From Felis catus (lineage: Eukaryota), in NCBI RefSeq assembly GCF_018350175.1, contig NC_058368.1, positions 152,088,001-152,152,000 of the forward strand: a DNA stretch of 64,000 nucleotides, read 5' to 3'. Below are positions 40,640 through 52,796 of this stretch, in pieces. The translations under genes were made by a program, and so were the position numbers. Under the pieces are notes generated by a model. That model saw only the letters and a program-made list of their open reading frames with translations. It did not search any database and had not been told where the DNA came from. How positions within the stretch are numbered: position 1 is the first letter of the stretch; each line of letters opens with the position of its first letter.

Positions 40640-40871
40640 AATATTAAGAGAAGGCATGTGTTCAAATTGTGGAAGGTAATAGTTTTACTGGTTTTTAAAT
40701 GTAAAAAATCCCCCTCATATTTGAGTGTACATTTTAAGAGGGATATTGACATATAAAGGCTTTTCCGAAGACAGTAATCAGAAACAGAATAGAGTTGAAA
40801 ATACACTGTGCCAGCAAAAGTGGAAGTAAGGATATTTATATTTACAAATGCAGTTTTTTTCCTTGTTCCAA
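40640..40871 (-). pseudogene. Probable relic exon, additional RGS-like domain start
   Basis: Very strong acceptor (t)n-acag|TTGG. Long open frame VGTRKKTAFVNINILTSTFAGTVYFQLYSVSDYCLRKSLYMSISLL, with an L....AG..F..Y pattern as in RGS22/RGSL1 domains. Donor not identified. Confidence 0.4.
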
Positions 40872-41859
40872 CTGTAAAAAAAAAAAAAAAGAAAAGAAAA
40901 AAAAAGATGGTATATATCGGAATAGACGAATTTTGTGGTTCTGTAGGACCCTAAGCTAGTATAGCCTCTACACATGGTAGAATCTCAACAAATAACTAAA
41001 TAATTATTGAATACACATATAAATGAGTGAAGGAATGAATCACCAAATGAGCAAAAGTGATGTGCTACAATGAATATAAGTTCCAACATGCATGTTTTCA
41101 GCAACACAGAGACACCTTTCTAATCAGTAGTTTTTCCCAACAAAGAAAGGATGCCTCAAGCAACAGTGAGCACCTCAGGATTTTCAGGCATAGAGGAGAA
41201 GGAAGTGGGGTGACAGAGAGATGAGTTAGTATCCAGCCAAATGTTGAGTAAGGCCACTCTTCTAGGATTCTTAAATTCTATGAAAGTATATATACATATA
41301 CTTTCAAAAAAAAGTATCAAAAAAATCAAAAAAGGAATGAATGGAATAAAATGGAAATAAAATGGAAGCTGAGAAATAAATAGACAAAATTCTAATTTCA
41401 AGCCTGAAGCGAAGACAATAGGTTGAGGAAGAGATTATTGTGAATAGCACAGTGTTTGAAAACCTACTTCAAATGGGAAACCTGAGTGTCCAGAACTCAG
41501 ATTTTCAATGTCTTTTAAAGTAACTTACAGCCATTTATACTACTTTTTGTGTTTTAGAATGGAATCATAAATCTGAATGTGATATTTGACCAAAATGTTG
41601 AATGAATAGAAAATGTTAGTGAACTACATTTCATTCATACTCAAAATTTTTGGTTTTGTGAGTAATAAAGAACACTCAATAAATATGATAGTGTTTCATC
41701 ATTATTAGCACTCATCATTTAAACACAGCTGGCTTGATAGAATAAATCATCCTAGAGAATGGGTATAATTGAGATAAGAATCTTCCTCTAAACTTTTATA
41801 CCTAATACATTAACTGCAATCATGTTTCCAGCCAAATTAATCAAACAGATATATAAACT

Positions 41860-42125
41860 ATTTAAGACGTTTGAGTGGGAGAGCCAGAGCCACTCTTTCT
41901 AGGCTCAGTCTGCCAAAAACCATTGGAGGCGTCTCTATTTCTAATATTAGATACTACAATTGGACCTCCGCCTCCTGTCTCCAGATAGCTACTCAGTAGG
42001 GCCGACTTTCTCTCAGCTTATGTGAAGTTAGAGGAGAACAAGATTTGTGACATTCTGGGATTTTGCCAGAATTCAGTGGGAGGTAGGACCAAGGCTGAAG
42101 GCCAAGTGACAAATCCACTAGATAG
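41860..42125 (-). pseudogene. Relic exon, domain E
   Basis: gttttgtgcag|CTATC. Reads EFWQNPRMSQILFSSNFT*AERKSALLSSYLETGGGGPIVV, compared with RGS22 YFWFDLQAYHQLFYQETL..CKQAQYLFATYVAPSATLDI (recalled). 3' boundary uncertain. Confidence 0.6.
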
Positions 42126-43623
42126 CTGCACAAAACCTACCCTCATGCTTTTGTTGATTAAAGTGTCATATTATTTTTTTTTTCTGAGCGTGGGGGTAGG
42201 GAGGAAATAATCTACTTTTTGCAAGTGTCTCTCCAAGAAAAATAGTTCCAAGTTGAGGCTGGTATACTGTGAGGGGGAAAAAAAAAACAACTAAAATAAA
42301 AAGCTTAGCTGTAGTTCATTAACTTTAATTGGTTTTTGTTGCCTCTCCTCAGGTTTCCTGGATCTTTCAGCTATCTTCTCCCCCAACTCTCTGCTTCCCC
42401 TTCTTCTACCTCTCGCCTCCTCCCCCTCCAATCTGGCTTTCCCTCCTTCCTGGCAGCAGTTTTAGCTTTAATTTGATAGTAAAAAACTGAATCCAAAGTT
42501 AACAAAATTCTTCAGATTCAACTTCTTTGAAAGAAAAAGAAGTTTCAGAAAAAGAATGGATATCTCAGTTTATAACCAGCACTCCTTCAAAGGCACATTC
42601 CCCACATGTCACAGGTGCTCTAAGAAGGTTACATGGAGAATATGAATGCCTGAAATCATTCGTCTGTTTCAAAGTGTCTTTGGAGGACTTATGTAGTACA
42701 AGCACTGTTCTGGGCCCTAGAGGCAAGCAGAGAAGAAAACAAAGTCCCCTTTCTCATGGAACTTAAAGTTTACTCAGACAGACAGACAAAAACAAATGAA
42801 CAAACCATGATATTAAAACTTGTTAATGAAAAATGCTATCAACAAAACATAAAGCATGGAGAAGGAATTAGAGCATTGGAGTGCACTTTAGAGAGTTTGG
42901 TCAACAAAGGCTTCTGTGAGGTGTCTTGAGCAGACACCTAAAGAAAGTGAGAATATAAACCATGTGACCCCAAACAAGGGAACATGCAGCAGTAAGAAGG
43001 CCAATACATCTGGAGTGCAGTAGGCAAGAGGGACATGAGAGAAAATGAGGTCAGAAATAAATATAAATATATGTGTCTGTCTCACATCCATACCCCTTGG
43101 AAAACAGATTGATTGCATTTTATCAGCCATATTTGATATTTAAAATGTGGCTTCAGAAAATATAAGAACCTGCCTATTTTAGATCCACTCAGAACTCCCC
43201 ACATATACAGATTCTTTTTAAAACCAAAGCAAAACAGAAAGGAATGCTAAATTGCTTTTAGGTCCACTGGATGATTTCCATTAGCCTTGACTTATTTTAA
43301 GCTCAAGACACACACAAGTGCTAATTTTCATCACTAATGTAGTCCAACCTGATCTATCCAGGCAGAATTGCACCTAAACCTCAGACTTAATTCAATGCTT
43401 CCTAATGGAAATGGAAGCCACTTTTGGAAGGAAAAAAAAAGTTTTAGAGAGACAAAATACTGCATTATTGCAATATTAGGCAAAGAATATTGTCCAGAAC
43501 CAAGAAAAGTCAGTTCTAGTCCTGGCACCTGATAATCAGAAAGTGATTTTATTATCTGAGCCCTAATCTGTATAAGAAGAATATAATGAATTCATGATTT
43601 CTATAAAAATTATTTAAGATGTT

Positions 43624-43833
43624 AATTTTTTTAATTCTTGTTTTTTGAAAGAGAGAGTGTTTGTGTGCAAGGGGGTGAGGGACAGAGGAAGAGGAAGGGA
43701 GAGAATCTTAAGCAGACTTCATGCTCAGATAGGAGCCCAATGCTGGGCTTGATCTTGTGACCATGAGACTATGACCTGAACCAAAATCAAGAGTTGGATA
43801 AATCTTTAACCAATTGAGCCACCCAGGTACCCC
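43624..43833 (-). mobile_element. CAN-SINE (older type)
   Basis: Ends ttgagccacccaggtacccc; T-rich tail at left. Confidence 0.9.
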
Positions 43834-44485
43834 AAGATTTTAAATTCTATCATTAAACCTCAAGTAGATTCAAGATTGGTAATAGATTCTTGGATGATAA
43901 ATCCACATCCATGACTTATCCTTTGGTGACACTGCATCAAACAGAATACTGGTCAAGACAGGTAATTTTTCATTATGGAAAAAAAGATTTAATGTAAGAA
44001 TAAATGGAAAACGAAAAGCAAAAAGAGGAAAGGTTTTGAAAAGAATAAATAAAAAGGGTTAGGAAAATGAAGTAAAAATGAAAATTTAAAGCCCAATATA
44101 ATTCTGTAGATAGCCAAACTACTCACTGGATGCTGAGAGTAGATCAGGAAAAGAGAAAATCCATATAGTAAGTTCAACACTAGGAAAACAAGAAAGTTCT
44201 GTTAATAATAATATCTCCTGCACCTTTTATTTATGCTGTATCCCACAGAGTTAGAATCAAGTTGATTCAAACATATCCCAGAACCTTAAATTTTACATCG
44301 TTAGATTTATATTTAGATGTACTCATATACACAATATATTATATATATTGTATACATGTATATAAAATATTACATGTTACATATATTTTACACATACACA
44401 CAAGGTCCCTGAAACTACCCTTTCTATAAATCTACTTAATCTCAGTATGACTTATTTTATTTGAGAAATAGGATTAACTCTCTTA

Positions 44486-45085
44486 GAAGAAGAAGAAGAG
44501 GAAGAATGAGGAGGAGGAAGAAGAGGAGGAGAAGAAGAAAGTGAAGAAGGAGAAGAAGAAGAGGAGGAGGAGGAAGAGGAAGAAGGAGAAGAAGAAGAAG
44601 GAAATCGTGCCATTTGCAACTATATGGGTAAAATTGGAAGGCATTATGCTAAGTAAAATAAGCGAGACAGAAAAAGGCAAATACTGCATGATATCACTAT
44701 TATGTAAAAATTTTTTAAATTACAGAACTCAGAAATAGAGTAGAATGAATGGCGGTTGAGGGTGGAGGAAATAGAAAGAAACTGGTAAAAGGGCACAACT
44801 TAACAGTTATATGATGAATAAGATCTGAGGATCTAATATATAACATGGTGACTGTAGTTGATAATACTATACTGTATAATTCAAATTTGCTAATAAGGTA
44901 GAATTTAAGTGTTCTCACTGAAAAAAGAAAAGGAAATATGTAAAGTGATGGATATGTTAATTCAATGGTGGAAATCCTTTCACAATGTATACATATAACA
45001 AATCACCATGTTATACACCTCAAATACATTATAATTTTATTTGTCAATTATACCTCAATAAAGCTACAAAAAGAAAGAAAAGAAA
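44486..45085 (+). mobile_element. L1 3' end (L1MA/L1_Carn-like) preceded by (GAA/GAG)n low-complexity tract 44486-44600
   Basis: gaaggaaatc.tgccatttgcaac.atatgg..gcattatgctaagt..caattatacctcaataaagct. Confidence 0.85.
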
Positions 45086-45608
45086 AATTAATCTTTATGA
45101 TAACTGGGAAATTATGAATGGAATAGACGTTCCCCAACAGGGCAGAACAAAAACATGATTTTAAGAGTATAAAAATGCAATTAATTAGCTCTTAAAAGGA
45201 TCCATTGCCCCCAAACACTCAGCACAGTACACCTACAGTAGCATATCATGAATAAAGGACATGATGCCTCAAGATGCATTTTCAACCGTCTCTGTGAAAG
45301 GACAAAAAGGGAGAGAGGTTAACAGTTAAACATCTACTCCAGGACAGATACCATTTCAGTTGTTTTATGCATGCTATCTTAGTTAATCCTCAGGAAAGCA
45401 CTATGAAGTGTGTGTTATTCACTGCATTTTAATAAGAAGAGATTATATATTATATAATATATACAGAGCATTAAAGATTCATGGATTTCACTAATATGCC
45501 CAAACCCAAAAAATTAATAAATGCTAGAACCAACATTTGAATCCAGGTCTAACTGCCATACTCTTCAACTAGAATTTGTCAAAAGCATAAATTAACTTAT
45601 GAATTTAC

Positions 45609-45718
45609 TTTGGACATTGTCAACCATCACAATTTGTAACTTTTGGTGCATTGGGACAAGAACTGGGCCCACACTGATGGGACAGCATCAATCTTTCAGG
45701 AAACAATTTGCATGTGTA
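45609..45718 (-). pseudogene. Relic exon, domain D (helix 7-9)
   Basis: gttctttacatag|TACAC...CCAAA|gtaaat. Mosaic THANCFLK / DAVPSVWAQFLSQCTKSYKL. Confidence 0.55.
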
Positions 45719-45747
45719 CTATGTAAAGAACACCAAGCTAGTTACAC

Positions 45748-45802
<55 letters not shown>
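45748..45802. repeat. (TACATA)n microsatellite
   Basis: Direct reading. Confidence 0.95.
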
Positions 45803-45803
<1 letters not shown>

Positions 45804-46259
45804 GTGTGTATCAATTTCTCAATTATTTGATCATTAATTAGCACTTATAATTATGAGCCATCTTTATGCCTAAGCATACTATATTTCTAAGAAAGGGACA
45901 ATGATACAACCAAATAACATAAGCAAATAATTTCCAAGGTACGGTTTGGTGTCAATAATCAGTCAGTTCAACCTCTTATCCATCACATATATAGCTGCAC
46001 TGCTGGATAAGGATAATCTCGTATTCTCAGTGATAATCTTGGGCACCATGATACTCTCAACCATCAAAGTCTGAATCATGTTAGCTCTAAACTTATAGGA
46101 GTAGGAAAGCATATTCATAAATACATTTGAGGAAAAGGGTTATAACAAATGAAAATTCAGATTTCATTTCACCAGTCTCATGCCTTCATTTCTTTTCTAG
46201 CCTTTAGGTAATTAGCAAGAAAGAAGTGTTTTCTCTCAAATGTAATGACAAAATCCTCC

Positions 46260-46502
46260 AAAAGACTTTACTTCTGGTGTCATCTCAGAGTTGCACAGTT
46301 TGAGATAAAGGTATAAGCTTATATTTTCAATTGCTTTGATCCAAATGGCTATGGACATTTACAATAATTTGCTATTAATACAATGTCTTTTCTAAAACAA
46401 AAGTATTTTGCAACTTCATGCTCCTAAGAGTCATTAACTATGTATGAGTATGTGAGTTTAAAGATAACAGAACGTCATCCAGTGTACATAGCACACCTTC
46501 TC
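46260..46502 (-). pseudogene. Relic exon, domain D (helix 1-6)
   Basis: tactattctcctcaag|GAGAAG. Mosaic CTLDDVLL / EHEVAKYFCFRKDI / IKAIENISLYL / SQTVQL*DDTRSKV, compared with canonical RGS EVNLDS.TRE. 3' boundary uncertain. Confidence 0.6.
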
Positions 46503-46696
46503 CTTGAGGAGAATAGTAAACCATTTATATCCTGGGATATTAAGATGTCACAAGTAGATTTGCTACACCTTGAACTAGTCTCCTTGAATACCTTCATCAT
46601 TCTGACTCCTGCACCCCCCCCCCCCCACTGGAATTTATCTGAAATCTCCATTTACAGAATGTAATTTCTGTAGTACGAATTCTATTAAAAAAGTAT

Positions 46697-46872
46697 TGGG
46701 GCACCGGTTAAATGTTGGTTAAGTGTCAGACTCTTGATTTCAGCTCAGGTCATGATCTCATGGTTCATGAGATGGAGGCCTGTGCAAGGTTCTGCACTGA
46801 CAGTGTGAGCCTGTTTGGGATCTCTCTCCCCATCTTTCTGCCCCTCCCACCTCAAAATGAATAAACTTAAAA
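46697..46872 (+). mobile_element. CAN-SINE (older, short)
   Basis: ggggcacc..ttggttaagtgtcagactcttgatttcagctcaggtcatgatctc. Confidence 0.88.
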
Positions 46873-46994
46873 CTACAAACATATTACAGAGTAGTAAGAA
46901 TGAGTGAATAAGTAAATGAATGAAGGGATGAAACTTCTATTAATAGGAATTTCAGAGTCATTCATAAGAACTGACTTGGATTATGAGGATTTAG

Positions 46995-47945
46995 GGCTCT
47001 TTTCTATGGTTGAATAATATTCCATGGTATACACAGACACAACAACTTCTTTATCCATTGATATGATGAAGAACACGTAGGTTGTTTTCATACCTTGGCT
47101 CTTGTGAATAATGCTGCAATGAATATGGGAGCACAGATATCTCTTTGAGATAGTGATTTTATTTCCTTTGGATATATTCCCAAAAGTGGAATTGCTGGGT
47201 CATCTATGTGATAGTTCTATTTTTAGTTTTTTGAGGAGACTCCATACTTTTTTCCACAGTGGCTGTACTGTTTGCATTCCCACCAGTAGTGTACAAGGGT
47301 TTCCTTGTCTCCATGACCTCACCAGCATTCTCAATGTCTTTTTTTTAATAATAGATATCCTAACAAGTGTAAGTTGGTATTTCTTTATTATTTTGACTTC
47401 CATATCCCTAATATTTAGTGATGTAGAGCACCTTTTTCAAGTACTTGTTGGCCATTTGTATGCCTTCTCTGGAAAAAAGTCCATTCAGATCCTTTGCCCA
47501 TTTTGTTGTTTCTGCAATTGAGTTGTATAAATTCCTTGTATATTTCAAATATTAACCTCTTATTGGATATATGATTTGTAAATATTTTCTCCCATGCCAG
47601 AGGCTGTCTTTTCATTTTGTTGATGATTTCTTTTCCTGTGCAGAAGCTTTATGGTTTGATGTTGCCCTATGTATTTATTTTTGTTTTTGCTGCCTTTGCT
47701 TTTGGTATCAATTACCAAACTTTATTGCCAAGACCAATGTCAAGAAGCATACCCCCAATGTTATCTGACAGGAGTTTTATGGTTTCAGGTCCTATATTCT
47801 AGTCTTTAATCTATTTTGAGTTGATTTTTCTGTATGGTATAAGATAGAGATCCAGTTTCATTCATTTATATCTCGCTGATCAGTTTCCCCAAAACCCTAA
47901 GAGATTGAAGAGACTATTCTTTACCCATGGTATATTCATTCCCCA

Positions 47946-48005
<60 letters not shown>

Positions 48006-49720
48006 AATAAATGAACTTTTCTTAAAAAATCAGCTTTTAGTTTCATTGATTTTTTTCTATTGTCTTTCCAATCTATTTCTCACTTTAGATCTGTTAAAAT
48101 TTGTTTTATATATTTAGATGCTCTGAAGTTCAGTACATAAATATTTATAATTGTTTTATCCTCTCGATGAACTGACCACTTTATCATTATATAATGACCT
48201 TTGTCTCTTGTTACAGTTGATTTAAAGTATTTTTTATCTGACAGAATAGCAGCTACCCTGCTCTCTTTTGGTTTTTATTTGCATGGAATGTCTTTTTCCA
48301 TTACTTCATTTTATATGTGCCTTGAAAGCTAAAGTGTCTCTTCTAGGCATATGATTGTGTCTTTTTTTAATCCATTTATCCACTGTATGTATTTTGATTA
48401 GAGAATTTAGTTAATTTACATTTAAAATGATTATTGGTAGACATACACTTACTATTGAGTTTTGGTTTATTGGTTTTTTTTTTTTGTTTTTTTGTTTTTT
48501 GCTATTTTGTGGTTCCTTTTTTCCTTTCTTCCTCTCTTGCTTTCTTCCTTTGTGGTTTGATAATTTTCTTTAATGGTATGTTTAGATTCCTTCTTTTTAT
48601 CTTTTGTGTATCTACTGCAGGTTTTTGCTTTGTGGCTACCATGAAACTTACATAAACTATCTTACCATTATTAACAGTCTATTTTAAGCTGATAAGCAGT
48701 TGAGGGTGTGCCAAGACCAAACAATGTCCCAAAACAAATGATCTCAAGCAGGTAGATGCAGGCTAATTAGAAGCCAAACCCTCAGATAGCAGCTAAGAAA
48801 GTATGTACTGAAGCCTCTTCCAGGGAAAAACTAGGAGATGTGCATTTTTACCTACTTCCTCTGCACTAAGTCCAGCTATATAGCTGCAAGGGAGGTGGGG
48901 AAAAGGGGTGCTTCTATTCCAGGGCAAAAATTGTTTCTTTTTTTTTTTCTTCTTTTTTGCTATAGACCCATGGGACTCAGGAATGCAAGTCCCACTGACT
49001 GTCAGAGCTAGGGGATTTTGTCACTCTTCCCTTGGATAGCAGTTATAAAAATTAGGACACTAGATGTTTGGACAAGCTCATACTAGCAAATTGGTGTTAC
49101 TGTTGGAGTAAGCCAGATGGAAAAGTCAGGGGAAATGTCCCCTGGCTTCCCTGGTCTCTGAGAGAATCTCAGCAACCCCAGATGCATGCAAATTAGAAGC
49201 TGGGCCCTCAGGCAGCAGGTTATAAACTATGCATTCAAATCTCTTCCTGGGAAAGACAGGAAGACAGGAGTTTCTGACTGCTCCCCTCTGCCCTGAGCCC
49301 TAGGAGGATAGTCACAGGGAGTGCTTGCACACCTATTAAGAACTGCTTATTTGCTTACTACAGTCCTTCAGATTTTGCAGAGACAAGGCCCATGCACTTT
49401 CAGAAACTGGTGTTGTGGGGACCCATCCCTGCAGTGGGAGCTTAAAATTGAGACACTAGAAGTCCAAACTCTTTGCTCCTCAGAAAGAAGCTGGGAATTG
49501 GGGGTTCCCTCCCAACTGTATGTCACTGTGTCATGGATAGAGTGTATCCAAGAGTGTGTCTCAGTCTTTCCCACCTGTTTCAATATATGTATTTTCTCAT
49601 TTTCCCAGTGTGTAGGACTCACTGGGCTAGTTTCTGAATTTCTCTGAGGGAAGTGCTCCATGTGTGACTGTACATTCAGTGTCTGTGGAAGGAAGAAAGT
49701 TCAGAAGCCTATTATGTCTC
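46995..49720 (-). mobile_element. Old L1 fragments, antisense (ORF2 3' part 46995-47945, (CT)n, then 5'/ORF1-side fragments)
   Basis: Minus-strand peptides MKRQPLAWEKIFTNHISNKRLI and VQPLWKKVWSLLKKLKIEL; T-rich L1 antisense phrases further right. Confidence 0.8.
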
Positions 49721-49940
49721 TATCCCTACTGTTATGCCCTCTTTTAATCATGCTAGGGATTGATGATTACCCAAGGCTCATGAGTCTGTTTCTCAGCCAG
49801 AGTGAGTCTGATTCCTTTCTTTAATCAATTTATATATCATTCTTTAAACATTGTTATACATGTTCCTGCCTCCATAAGTCAAGTATTTTGAATATAATTT
49901 GTATATCAAAAATATATTTTCAAGCAAGATATTGAATGAA

Positions 49941-50112
49941 TTTTTTACTTAAATATTTTAGAGAGAGAGCAGAGGAGAGGGGCAGAAGGTGAGAGAGAAT
50001 CTTAAGCAGGCTTTACACTCAGCATGGAGCCCCAACCCCACAACCTTGGGATCATGACCTGAGCTGAAATCAAGACCCGGATGCTCAACCAACTGAGCCA
50101 CCCAGGCACCCC
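49941..50112 (-). mobile_element. CAN-SINE (older type)
   Basis: Ends actgagccacccaggcacccc; flanking gatattgaa duplication. Confidence 0.9.
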
Positions 50113-50222
50113 TGATATTGAACTATTGAAGTACAAAGAATTAAATACAAAAAAGAATCTTAGCCCTCTGTGAGTTCACATCCTAGTTACGGAGATAAGG
50201 ATGTCAAGAAATAACTATGCTA

Positions 50223-50446
50223 GGGGTGCCTGTGTGGCTCAGTCAGTTAAGTGTCCTACTTCGGCTCAGGTCATGATCTCACGCTTCGAGAGTTTGAGTG
50301 CTGCGTCAGGCTCTGTGCTGACAGCTCAGAGCCTGGGGCCTGCTTCGGATTCTGTGTCTCTCTCTGTATCTGCCCCTCCTCCGCTCATGCTCTGTCTCTC
50401 TCTCTCTCTCTCTCAAAAATAAACATTAAAAAAATTAGAAAAAAAA
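50223..50446 (+). mobile_element. CAN-SINE
   Basis: ggggtgcctgtgtggctcagtcag head; TSD aagaaataactatgct. Confidence 0.94.
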
Positions 50447-51129
50447 AAGAAATAACTATGCTGTAAGCAGGTCTATTCCTAGCATTTTCTCGACCAGAGC
50501 AAGCATACAAATGGAGGTTCACATACTCAATGTCTAAATATTTTTAAAAATTATAAATTAAGCTATAAACAGTTGTATAAAATATTTTATTTTTCTACCT
50601 TGACAAATAGGTCTTCTTAACAACAAGGACTACTAGGACTACTAGGTTCTGAATTCCTCAGAGTTCCAGGCTAGAAATCAAAGTCATTGAGGAAGCTGTC
50701 CTTTAGCCCCAGGCCTGTCCCTCCTCTCATCACCTGTCTTTTACCATAAAGGGCTTTGGGGACATGTATATGGACACCATAGGCAACAAGCCCATGCTCC
50801 AACCACATTCTATCCATCATTGAAACTTAATGGTGCTCATACCAACTGCATGGACTATTCTCAGATGTAAAACCCCAGGGAAAAGACCCTCAGCAGTTTC
50901 TAGAATGGTACTGTGGCCCTTTGTGTAGGAAGTTTTATGGCACCAGGGTATCCACAGCAAAAATCAGAAAGGGGGAGGTTAGGGCTTTGGGTAACATCCC
51001 TTTGACCACACAGACCTCTCTCCAGGTGGAGGAGGGTCAGAGACCTTTACCTCAGGGCCCTTCTATCCCACAGTTGGGGGTGGCACTATCTATGGTTATC
51101 TTAAAAGAGGTGTCTACAAAAAGCTAGTG

Positions 51130-51880
51130 GATCTCTGAATGACAGTTGTTCTTTGCAGAAGTGAGGAAGTTTTCAGAGAAGAGATGGCATTTGAGCTGGG
51201 TCTTACAGCATGAGTGGGAGTTTGCTGTGCAGAGAAAGGAGGGAAGGGCACTCCAGGAAAAGAAACAGCATATGGGAAAACACAAAGTTTGAAAGAGTGG
51301 CATATTCAGAGAATGGTGAGAAGTTCCTTGTGGCTGAAGCGTAGGGGGCATGTGGGAGATGAGAAGAGATGAAGGTGGCTGGGTTTGTGGAGGGGAAAGA
51401 CTGGGGAGGCATCATGATGAATGTTGTTCTCCCAGAAGACACTGGAGATTATGTAATGGTAGCAAGGCACACTCTAGGATCAGCCTTGTGATTTGAGAGA
51501 GGACATCTGGCAGTATGGACAGATTAGAACTGGAGAGATCAAGTGATAGGCAGTTGCATCTGGGAAACAATGACGCATAAGGCCGTTATGAAGCATTGAC
51601 AGCCTATACATGAACATTCTAAGTTACATCTAATCTATGGAACTGGATAAGAAACATGAAGAATGAAGAATAAGGTTTCAAATGTGCAGTCATCCCAAAA
51701 ATAAAGCTATGGATACTGGGACAGGGACTCAAAATGAAGAAATACTTAACAGGGAGAATCAGTATAATGAGGCTAATTGGATAAGGAAGGAGGGGTAAGG
51801 GTAACTGAAGGATTGAGGATGACTCAGAGGCTTCTAGTTTCAGTAGATTATAATGATGGTAACTGAGATGAGACTATAAG
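51130..51880 (-). mobile_element. L2 fragment
   Basis: tcagagaagagatggcatttgagctgggtctt..cagcatatgggaaa..gaggatgactcagaggcttctag. Confidence 0.65.
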
Positions 51881-52784
51881 GGGCACTGCTTTTCTGGAGT
51901 TGACAAAAGTCACTTCATTTCTATGATCTTATCCTCACGTGAAAGCACAGTGTCAGACCACAAGATTCCAGGCCTCTACACTGAAAGACCCCCCAAAATT
52001 TTGCAGTTTTTTCCTTTTTCTGCTACTTAAAGCTTCTCTGCCCTGGTCCTTTTTGACAAGATTGTCACTTGTCCTATCTTTGTGGTGTCCAACACCCAAA
52101 AGGGACTCTAAATCAAATCAGTCTATATGTTACAATTACAACATTAAATGAGGATCAAAAGATGGACACAGGGACTCCTCTAGATTAAAATGTGGAAACT
52201 CCAGGGCATCCTGCTTTGGTTTCTTCCTTGGTTGCTTAAAAGCTCTAGCCCAATAAACTGAAATTGTCAGTTTTGACCTCCAAATAAGAAGTATAACTGC
52301 CAAAATCTGCAAAAGAGGCCTTGGGGCAATTTAAAGGAATGGGGGTGTCTGTTTCTAATCCTTGTATGTTGGCTTTATTTTCCATGATGGGATTTTTTTT
52401 TTTTTTGAAACGGTCGTTTCTTTTTTCCCTCCTAGATCACACCAACATTGTCGGAAAACCTTTTATATCAACTCTGTGCAAACTTGAAATATAAAGGCAA
52501 ACTTCAATTCGGCCATTTAAATTTCTTCCTCCCATTTCAAATCCCTAATGGTTTGGAGAGTTTAAAGGGCCCTAGAAGAAGCATTTACAGCTAGCTCAGT
52601 CCTAAGAGAACAATTGAGTAGACTGACCTAGAAATAAAGCTGGCAACTTTAGCCCAGGCCTGGTAGAAATCCTGGGGCAGGGCCCAGCTGTGCTCTGCAC
52701 AGCCCACCTAACTGGCAGGGGAAGCACCACCTCACCTACCAGGGCCAGGGTGGGCTTTCTCCGACTGCGCTAGGGCTGGGCACA

Positions 52785-52796
52785 TGCGCATGCGTG
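52785..52796. promoter_or_regulatory. NRF1-like motif TGCGCATGCG in a small GC-rich patch
   Basis: tgcgcatgcgtg matches 10 of 12 positions of TGCGCATGCGCA; motif match only. Confidence 0.35.

Noticed and set aside
52436..52496. Plus-strand candidate exon (ttttttccctcctag|ATCACACC..., ITPTLSENLLYQLCANLKYK)
   Set aside because: Good acceptor but no GT donor, no partner exons and no recognisable product.
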